A stretch of DNA of 64,000 nt from the NCBI GenBank assembly GCA_043821445.1, contig JBDRCT010000033.1:5391-69390 (forward strand), in the 5' to 3' direction. Positions 57,619 through 64,000 of the stretch are shown here, piece after piece (position 1 is the first letter of the stretch; every line of letters begins with the position of its first letter). Source of the DNA: Candidatus Omnitrophota bacterium (GTDB taxonomy: Bacteria; Omnitrophota; Omnitrophia; Omnitrophales; Aquincolibacteriaceae). The notes under the pieces were generated by a model. It searched no databases. It was not told the DNA's origin and was given only the letters and a program-made list of their open reading frames with translations. Position numbers and translations under genes: made by a program.

Positions 57619-58878
57619 TCATTCTTCCGTTCGCTCGGTATATTCCCGGTAATGCTCTAAAACAAGCTTCATCAAAAGCTCGGCATCATGGCGAACCTGC
57701 TCGCCCGCCTGAAGCACATCCCCTTGGATGATCTGATAGCCTTTTTCCCGGATCTTTTCGACATCCAGTTTCACCGGCGCCGCGCCCTGTTGGGCATAAC
57801 GCCGGAGCATCGCCTCTGGAATGGTCGCCGTGTTCACAAAACAAGCATCGATGATCCTCGGATCCGTATGGTCCAAGATCACGTTCAGATGATCCCACGC
57901 ACTCATCCCTGTTGTCTCACCGGGTTGCGTCATCGCGTTCATGATATAGACCTTGTACGCATCGGACCGAAGCACCGCATCACAAATATCCTTGATCAAA
58001 AGATTCGGCAAAATACTGGTATAAAGACTTCCCGGACCCATAAGAATGAGGTCCGCAATCTCGATCGCGTCCAAGGCTTCTTGGCACGCCCTGCAATCGT
58101 CCGGCCGGAGACGGATGCTACGAAGCGGTCTTTTCAGATCCGTGATGTTCGTCTCGCCTTCTACCGACGTCCCGTCCATGAATTCGCCCACAAGTGTCAC
58201 TTTTTCAAGCGTCGACGGAAGCACCCGTCCTCGGATGGCCAGAACCTTGCTGGATTCTGCGATCGCTTTTTCAAAATCGCCCGTCACTTTCGAAAGTGCG
58301 GTAATAAAAAGATTCCCAAAACTGTGTCCCTTCAGTCCTTCCCCAAGCTCGAAACGGTACTGGAACAAATCACGGATGAGCGGCCCTGCGTCGGCGAGCG
58401 CCACTAGACAATTGCGGATATCGCCCGGCGGCAGCATGTCCATTTCATCGCGCAAACGGCCGGAACTCCCGCCTGTGTCCGTTACCGTCACGATCGCAGT
58501 GATATTGCTCGTAAATGCTTTGACGCCCGAAAGTATGGTGCTCAAGCCGGTTCCGCCGCCGATCGCCACAACACGCGGTCCATGTAACAGGGACTCCACC
58601 CGGCGCTTCTGGTAAACAATATCCACAAGCGAATCGTGCCCGTTCAAGGGCATCAGCGCACGCACGAAGATCCGGACCATATTTTTGATCGAGGTATAGA
58701 TAAGAAAAATCCCGAGGATTAAAAGCGCCGTCGCGAACGAGGCCAGCAACACGCTCGTTTTGGCCATGGTCTGCACGGTCAAAAGAGCCACTAACACGAT
58801 AAATCCAAGCCCCAACGCACAAAGAACGATCCATCGTTTGATCCCGATACCAGGATAGAACCACTTAAAGAATTTCAT
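57619..58878 (-). CDS. YvcK/GlmR family protein with N-terminal TMs
   Basis: IGGGTGL, DTGGSSG, PPGDIRN, GPGSLYTS. Confidence 0.9.
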   Translation of the reverse strand: MKFFKWFYPGIGIKRWIVLCALGLGFIVLVALLTVQTMAKTSVLLASFATALLILGIFLIYTSIKNMVRIFVRALMPLNGHDSLVDIVYQKRRVESLLHGPRVVAIGGGTGLSTILSGVKAFTSNITAIVTVTDTGGSSGRLRDEMDMLPPGDIRNCLVALADAGPLIRDLFQYRFELGEGLKGHSFGNLFITALSKVTGDFEKAIAESSKVLAIRGRVLPSTLEKVTLVGEFMDGTSVEGETNITDLKRPLRSIRLRPDDCRACQEALDAIEIADLILMGPGSLYTSILPNLLIKDICDAVLRSDAYKVYIMNAMTQPGETTGMSAWDHLNVILDHTDPRIIDACFVNTATIPEAMLRRYAQQGAAPVKLDVEKIREKGYQIIQGDVLQAGEQVRHDAELLMKLVLEHYREYTERTEE

Positions 58879-58905
58879 AGAGAGTTGCTAGAGAGCCGGT
58901 CCTGA

Positions 58906-59370
58906 TCAGACCTTGCGGCTCTCTTCTTTTGCGATCAAATCAAAAATGTCCTTCGGGGTTTTGCACTTTCTGATAAGTTCGCAAAAATAAGTGTCCCGGA
59001 GAAGTCTCGAGATTTGCGCCAATGCTTTGAGATGCGGCCCGGCGGTGTCCTTAGGTGCGACAAGCAGGAATAGGATATAGACCGGTTCACCGTCCAAGGC
59101 TTCAAAGTTCACGCCTTTGCGGCTTACGCCGAGCACGGCCACGAGTCCGTCCACTTTATCGGTCTTTCCGTGCGGGATCGCGATCCCCTGCCCGATACCC
59201 GTAGAACCCAGGTTCTCGCGCTCAATCAGAGCGCGAAGGATGTTTTTTTTATCCCCCACGTCCTTGACCTCGGCCAAAAGGTCGACCATTTCTTTGAGAA
59301 TACCTTCTTTGTCGGTCGCTTCCAAATCGACTTTGATACCCTTGATGTTGAGAAAATCGGTGATCTTCAT
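58906..59370 (-). CDS. ptsN: PTS IIA (Ntr/fructose type)
   Basis: RENLGSTGIGQGIAIPH; position after hpf. Confidence 0.85.
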   Translation of the reverse strand: MKITDFLNIKGIKVDLEATDKEGILKEMVDLLAEVKDVGDKKNILRALIERENLGSTGIGQGIAIPHGKTDKVDGLVAVLGVSRKGVNFEALDGEPVYILFLLVAPKDTAGPHLKALAQISRLLRDTYFCELIRKCKTPKDIFDLIAKEESRKV

Positions 59371-59405
59371 GGATGTATTCCTCCTAATTGAAAAAGGTTG
59401 TGGGA

Positions 59406-59963
59406 CTAGACTCCCGGCTCGATCAGCCCGTGATCCCCGTCCTTGCGCTTATGGATCACATTCACACTATTGGTATTTTGATTTAAAAAAACAAGGAAGG
59501 TCTCAGGAGAGATCTCGAGCTGGAGACTGGCCTCTTCAGCAGACATCGGCTTGAGCGCGAACTCCGAGGAACGAACGATCTTCGGATGATCTTCGGGCAA
59601 AACGCTTTCCGTTTCAATCATGCCGAGTGCCCGGGCGATCTTCGCCGAAGCTTTGGCGTTTTTTGTGTGATGCCCCTTGGATTTCGAGCGGAATTTTTTT
59701 AACTGTTTCTCAACGCGCTCATAGGCCTCGTCGATCGCCGCGAAGATATTGTCTTTAGCCTCGCCCATCCCGAAAGCATGGAAGTCCTTGGCCGCAAGAG
59801 TGATCTCCGCCTTAAAGATGTATTTCTCTTTTTTGAGGAATATATGTGCTTCTATGATCCGCGGAGCGTACTTTTCGAATCTGGGAAGTCTTTCCTCCAA
59901 GTGCTCCTTCATCCCCGCGGTGATCTTAAGATTCTGTCCCGAAAAACGAATATCCACTATCAT
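59406..59963 (-). CDS. hpf: ribosome hibernation factor (long HPF/RaiA)
   Basis: AAIDEA..EKQLKK, KPMSAEEA, VIHKRKDG. Confidence 0.9.
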   Translation of the reverse strand: MIVDIRFSGQNLKITAGMKEHLEERLPRFEKYAPRIIEAHIFLKKEKYIFKAEITLAAKDFHAFGMGEAKDNIFAAIDEAYERVEKQLKKFRSKSKGHHTKNAKASAKIARALGMIETESVLPEDHPKIVRSSEFALKPMSAEEASLQLEISPETFLVFLNQNTNSVNVIHKRKDGDHGLIEPGV

Positions 59964-60012
59964 TTCCTCCTTGAGGGTCTTTAATGAATCGATGCAAAGC
60001 GCGGATGTCGGA

Positions 60013-60738
60013 TCAAGCTAAGGTGAACCTCTCCCCAAGATAGATCTCCCTAGCCTTGGAATCGGAGGCAAGAAACTCCGAGGTCCCGGAGACCTCGACC
60101 TTGCCCTCAAAAAGAAGGTAAGAACGGTCGGTGATGGAAAGCGTTTCGCGAACGCTATGATCCGTCAACAAAATACTAAGGCCTTGGGCCTTGAGCCGCT
60201 GAAGGATCTTCTGCACCTCAAAGACCGCAATGGGATCCACGCCGCTAAAAGGTTCGTCTAAAAGAATAAGAGACGGATTTGTCACGAGAGCGCGCGTGAT
60301 CTCAAGCCGCCGCCGTTCGCCTCCGGAAAGCGTGTAGGCCTTGTTCTTCGCAAGATAGGCGATATCGAGGTCGTTTAAGAGCCGCTTGAGGCGACGGTCG
60401 CGCTCTTCCTGGGGGATCTCCAAAGTTTCCAAAATGGCCATGATGTTTTCTTCTACGGTCAATTTGCGAAAAACGGAGGGCTCCTGGGAAAGATAACCGA
60501 TCCCAAGCCGTGCCCGCTCAAACATCGGAAGATTCGTGATCTCTTCACCCCGGAAAAAGATCTGTCCGGATTCCGGACGGATGACCCCGACCACCATGTA
60601 GAATGACGTAGTCTTTCCGGCGCCATTGGGACCCAAAAGCCCTACGATCTCGCCACGCGACATCTGGATATTCACACTGTTCACGACCGTGCGACCTTTG
60701 TAACTTTTTGTCAGCCGTTTCGTCTCAAGCAAATTCAT
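60013..60738 (-). CDS. lptB: LPS export ABC ATPase
   Basis: GPNGAGKTTSFYM, YLSQEPSVFRKL, DEPFSGVDP. Confidence 0.95.
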   Translation of the reverse strand: MNLLETKRLTKSYKGRTVVNSVNIQMSRGEIVGLLGPNGAGKTTSFYMVVGVIRPESGQIFFRGEEITNLPMFERARLGIGYLSQEPSVFRKLTVEENIMAILETLEIPQEERDRRLKRLLNDLDIAYLAKNKAYTLSGGERRRLEITRALVTNPSLILLDEPFSGVDPIAVFEVQKILQRLKAQGLSILLTDHSVRETLSITDRSYLLFEGKVEVSGTSEFLASDSKAREIYLGERFTLA

Positions 60739-60740
60739 GA

Positions 60741-61625
60741 TCAGACAACTCCCTTCCCAAGGCCTTCGGGAGCATCCCCGCCAAAATAAAGGGCTTCTGT
60801 ATCCCCGCCCAAAATAATCCGCCCTTCGTCTGCCAGATAGATCACGCTATCCGAGTAGGTCTTGTTCCCGTCGGGGTTTTCGATCACTACATCGCCTGCG
60901 GATACAATCTTTGAAACATGACGACTCACACGGTTGTAATAAACGTCCATCGTATCGGCCGTAAGCTTCCCACGGGAATCCTGTGCCACGACATTGTCTT
61001 TGAAATGCGCTATATTTTTTTCGTAATCGACCACAAGAGGCCCGTCGCAAGTAATGGTCGTCGGCCCGGTTTCTTTATCCTCGGTGTTTTGTACCACCAC
61101 TGTTACGTTTTTTTGAAATTTCACTTTTTTCAGGTTTGTTTCTGCCCGGGCGCCGGTGCCTTCCACATTAATATTGTCCTTCTTAACTTGTGTCGGGAGA
61201 TCGGTTTCCACAATGTGTTCAGAAGGGCTCATGTCCAGAGCCTCGGTCACAAGGCGCGTTCCGTCATCGGTCGTGGCCACCACATTTTTTTCAAGATGGA
61301 TCTTGTTCTTTTTCTTGTCGTAATTGCCGCGATCCGCCGTAACGGTCACGGGAACCTCTTCGGCGTACGCCTTGGCCATCACATTCATCAGCTGTACCGT
61401 GTTAGAAAGGATGTCCGCGGAATCGCCTTCGATCTCGATCTCGCGCTGCCCTTCGATCGTATACTTGGTGAATGAAAAAGAGAGGACTTTCTGCGGTTTC
61501 TGCTCGGAGGGTTGCACGGTCCCTTGTTCGGCCCTTTGCTTGCGGGTGATCACCACCTGCATCTGCACGAAAAACACATAGAACACCACCAGCACGGCAA
61601 AGATAAAAATAAGACGTTTAATCAT
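60741..61625 (-). CDS. lptC: LptC-like (plus LptA-like) periplasmic LPS transport protein
   Basis: N-terminal TM and two beta-rich jellyroll-like segments; upstream of lptB. Confidence 0.75.
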   Translation of the reverse strand: MIKRLIFIFAVLVVFYVFFVQMQVVITRKQRAEQGTVQPSEQKPQKVLSFSFTKYTIEGQREIEIEGDSADILSNTVQLMNVMAKAYAEEVPVTVTADRGNYDKKKNKIHLEKNVVATTDDGTRLVTEALDMSPSEHIVETDLPTQVKKDNINVEGTGARAETNLKKVKFQKNVTVVVQNTEDKETGPTTITCDGPLVVDYEKNIAHFKDNVVAQDSRGKLTADTMDVYYNRVSRHVSKIVSAGDVVIENPDGNKTYSDSVIYLADEGRIILGGDTEALYFGGDAPEGLGKGVV

Positions 61626-62566
61626 GCGTGTTTCACTGTCTCCTTAAGTTCCGCTGCGGCAACCTCGTCGGGTTTCGTTTTCCAGCGGTCATGCATCCAT
61701 CCCCATTGCTCCGGGTAACGGCGAATCATTTCTTCAAAATCTTTCATCCAGGCTTCCGTGTATTTCCTGATCGAGGCCGTCCGATCATAGTCTTTGATCT
61801 TCGGCCGTATCAGATTACCCAAAAAGAGCTTGTAGCGATTTCCGGGCATCCGGATCATAAAAGCCGGTAGGATCGGTGTTCCTGAAGCTATGGCAAATTT
61901 CACCGGCGCCACGGACGTATAAGCCGGTCTCCCAAAAAAATCCACGAAAATGCCCCGGACATTATCTCGATCTTGATCCGGTAAAAGCCCGACGATCTCA
62001 CCCGTCTTCAAACAAGTGTGAATTTGCCTAACGGCCTCATCTTGATAGATAGTCCGAACGCCCACGGCGCTCCGCAAACTTACGATCCACCGGTTGTACG
62101 GTTCATAATAGATCCGTCGGCCGACCACGGCGCCCCGGAAACCCTGCAGGCCAAAAATCCCGGCCAAAAGTTCCCAGTTGCCCATGTGCGCCGTCATTAT
62201 AATGAGCCCTCTCCCTTCTTGCAAAATATCTTTGCAAAAAGAATAGGCATCACCTGCTTCCACGAACGAGGCCGCCTGGTCACGTGAAAGTGTGGCAAAA
62301 CGCAGGAAATCTACGGCCGTCTGGAGCATATGCCCCATCACCCGCCGGCCGATCGTTTCCAATGCCGCAGGACTTTCCGTATTGCCGTAAGCAAACTTCA
62401 GATTTTCAAGGATTTTGGTCCTTTGGCGTGAAACGATCCAGTATCCTAAATACCCGACCCCGTTCGCGAGCGCCAACGCCCAGCTTCGCGGCAGGACCAG
62501 CAGAAGCCCCGCTCCGAACCTTGTTAAAAGATAGAGCGGATAGCGATAAAATCTGCGCTTGGCCAT
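61622..62566 (-). CDS. lipid A late acyltransferase (LpxL family)
   Basis: TAHMGNWE, LPDQD, FFG, PEQWGWMHDRWK. Confidence 0.9.
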   Translation of the reverse strand: MAKRRFYRYPLYLLTRFGAGLLLVLPRSWALALANGVGYLGYWIVSRQRTKILENLKFAYGNTESPAALETIGRRVMGHMLQTAVDFLRFATLSRDQAASFVEAGDAYSFCKDILQEGRGLIIMTAHMGNWELLAGIFGLQGFRGAVVGRRIYYEPYNRWIVSLRSAVGVRTIYQDEAVRQIHTCLKTGEIVGLLPDQDRDNVRGIFVDFFGRPAYTSVAPVKFAIASGTPILPAFMIRMPGNRYKLFLGNLIRPKIKDYDRTASIRKYTEAWMKDFEEMIRRYPEQWGWMHDRWKTKPDEVAAAELKETVKHA

Positions 62567-62567
62567 A

Positions 62568-62692
62568 GTCCCAATACCTATCAATTTTAACGAAGTTGAA
62601 ATTGGGGCTGCCCTGATTACCATTTAGGAAAAGAAAATAAAAATCAGGGCTGTCCCAACTACTCTTTATATAAAAAAATCTAAAGTTGGGAT
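62568..62692. repeat. three 41-nt hairpin units, period 42
   Basis: Units at 62568-62608, 62610-62650 and 62652-62692. Confidence 0.9.
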
Positions 62693-62699
62693 AGGCGGA

Positions 62700-63671
62700 T
62701 CAAACCCGTCCTGCCCTCATAAGGTCCTGAACATCCAAAAGGCCTACGACACGCCGGGCTTTGTCCACCACTGGCAATTCATCAATGCGAAGGGATTCCA
62801 TGATATGGAACGCTTCTTCTGCAAGTTTTTCCCTCTGAATATAGCGAGGTTTGAGCGTGGCCAATTGGACCACAGGCCGGTTCAGAATCTTTTCGCCCTG
62901 GGATCTCAGGTGACGCCGGAGATCTCCGTCCGTAAAGACACCCATCAATTTTCCGCGCCCATCGACGATCGTACAACTTCCAGCCCTTGAGGCCGTAATC
63001 TTAAGAAGTGCCTGACGCACCGTAGTCTTCACCCCTACGAGTGGATTGGCCTTTCCGGTGCGCATGATCTCCCCAACCTTCAGCAGCCGTCTTCCAAGAC
63101 TTCCCGCCGGATGCAATTCTGCGAAATCTTCGGAACAAAAATCTTTTTTCTTAAGAAGCGAAAGCGCGAGCGCGTCCCCCATCGCAAGCGAAGCGGTCGT
63201 TGAAGCGGAAGGCGCCAAGTTCAAAGGGCAGGCTTCGCGCCGCACGCCGAGATCAAGCACCATGTCCGCATTTTTCCCAAGAGTGGAGCCCGGAACACTT
63301 GTCAATGCGACAAGTTTCACTCCTTTTTTCTTCATCAAAGGGAGAAGCCTCACGATCTCTTCACTTTCCCCGCTTTGCGAGATCGCGATTACAAGATCCT
63401 TGGAAGTCACCATCCCAAAATCACCGTGTACCGCTTCGGCAGGATGAAGAAAAAAAGCGGGCGTTCCCGTTGAGGCCATGGTCGCGGCGATTTTACGGGC
63501 GATAAAACCGGGTTTTCCCATTCCGGTAAGTATCACGCGTCCTTTGCAATCCGCCATCCATTGAACTACCGTCTCAAAATTCTTGCCGATCCCGGAACGA
63601 AGCCGCGAGATGGCGCGGGCTTCGATCCTGAGAACCTCTTTGGCAAGTCTTACCACATTCGATGTTTTCAT
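62700..63671 (-). CDS. kdsD: arabinose-5-phosphate isomerase (KpsF/GutQ)
   Basis: TGMGK, HPAEAVHGD, EACPLNLAP, CBS pair. Confidence 0.93.
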   Translation of the reverse strand: MKTSNVVRLAKEVLRIEARAISRLRSGIGKNFETVVQWMADCKGRVILTGMGKPGFIARKIAATMASTGTPAFFLHPAEAVHGDFGMVTSKDLVIAISQSGESEEIVRLLPLMKKKGVKLVALTSVPGSTLGKNADMVLDLGVRREACPLNLAPSASTTASLAMGDALALSLLKKKDFCSEDFAELHPAGSLGRRLLKVGEIMRTGKANPLVGVKTTVRQALLKITASRAGSCTIVDGRGKLMGVFTDGDLRRHLRSQGEKILNRPVVQLATLKPRYIQREKLAEEAFHIMESLRIDELPVVDKARRVVGLLDVQDLMRAGRV

Positions 63672-63675
63672 AATC

Positions 63676-64000
63676 TTAGTTTTCCTTGTCGACGCATGCT
63701 TTGAGTGCGATCAGTTTTTGGAGCAAGGGGCCCAATTGAGAGAGAGCGAGGGCATTCGGCCCGTCCGAAAGCGCCTTGTCCGGAGTCTCATGGATCTCCA
63801 TGAAAATAGCATCCGCCCCGGCCACGACCGCGCAGCGCGCGAGCGTGGGAATGAATTCCGACATACCGCCAGAAGCCGTGCCCTTCCCGCCCGGGATCTG
63901 TACCGAATGGGTGGCATCATAGACCACGGGATACCCGAATCCACGCATGATGGGTATCGCGCGAAAATCGTTCACGAGGTTGTTATATCCGAAACTCGTG
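63676..64000 (-). CDS. kdsA: KDO8P synthase (3' part)
   Basis: [18 protein letters not shown]. Confidence 0.93.
   Translation of the reverse strand, partial: TSFGYNNLVNDFRAIPIMRGFGYPVVYDATHSVQIPGGKGTASGGMSEFIPTLARCAVVAGADAIFMEIHETPDKALSDGPNALALSQLGPLLQKLIALKACVDKEN

Noticed and set aside
62568-62692. 42-nt periodic array as a mini-CRISPR
   Set aside because: There is no invariant repeat with unique spacers, each unit is its own hairpin, and no cas genes are present.

Overview
Bacterial chromosomal window, mostly minus-strand housekeeping genes. Gene content suggests a Gram-negative anaerobe, possibly Omnitrophota/PVC (inference only). It carries nth, greA, an mqnE-like gene, ispG, thiC, thiD, thiSGHF, a split acyl-CoA dehydrogenase/ETF/ETF-QO cluster, purL, mdh, a short rho, pyk, ahcY-metK and a kdsA-kdsD-lpxL-lptC/A-lptB-hpf-ptsN-yvcK-ptsH-ptsI run. 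No rRNA, tRNA or CRISPR array was recognised. The notable signal is several families of small palindromic elements. (1) A 41-nt hairpin unit, stacked with a ~42-nt period, occurs at about 10 loci; two copies are exact in-frame 84-nt insertions in thiH and a DEDDh exonuclease. (2) A CCCCGTTAGA...TCTAACGGGG inverted-repeat element occurs five times: one copy encodes a GIY-YIG nuclease and four are short MITE-like copies. (3) An AT-rich ABC-ATPase (DUF3696-like) plus PLD-like gene pair is bracketed by 26-bp inverted repeats and is a candidate defence cassette. (4) A ~280-nt multibranch structure lies between thiG and thiH. All calls come from reading motifs by eye; no database searches were run.
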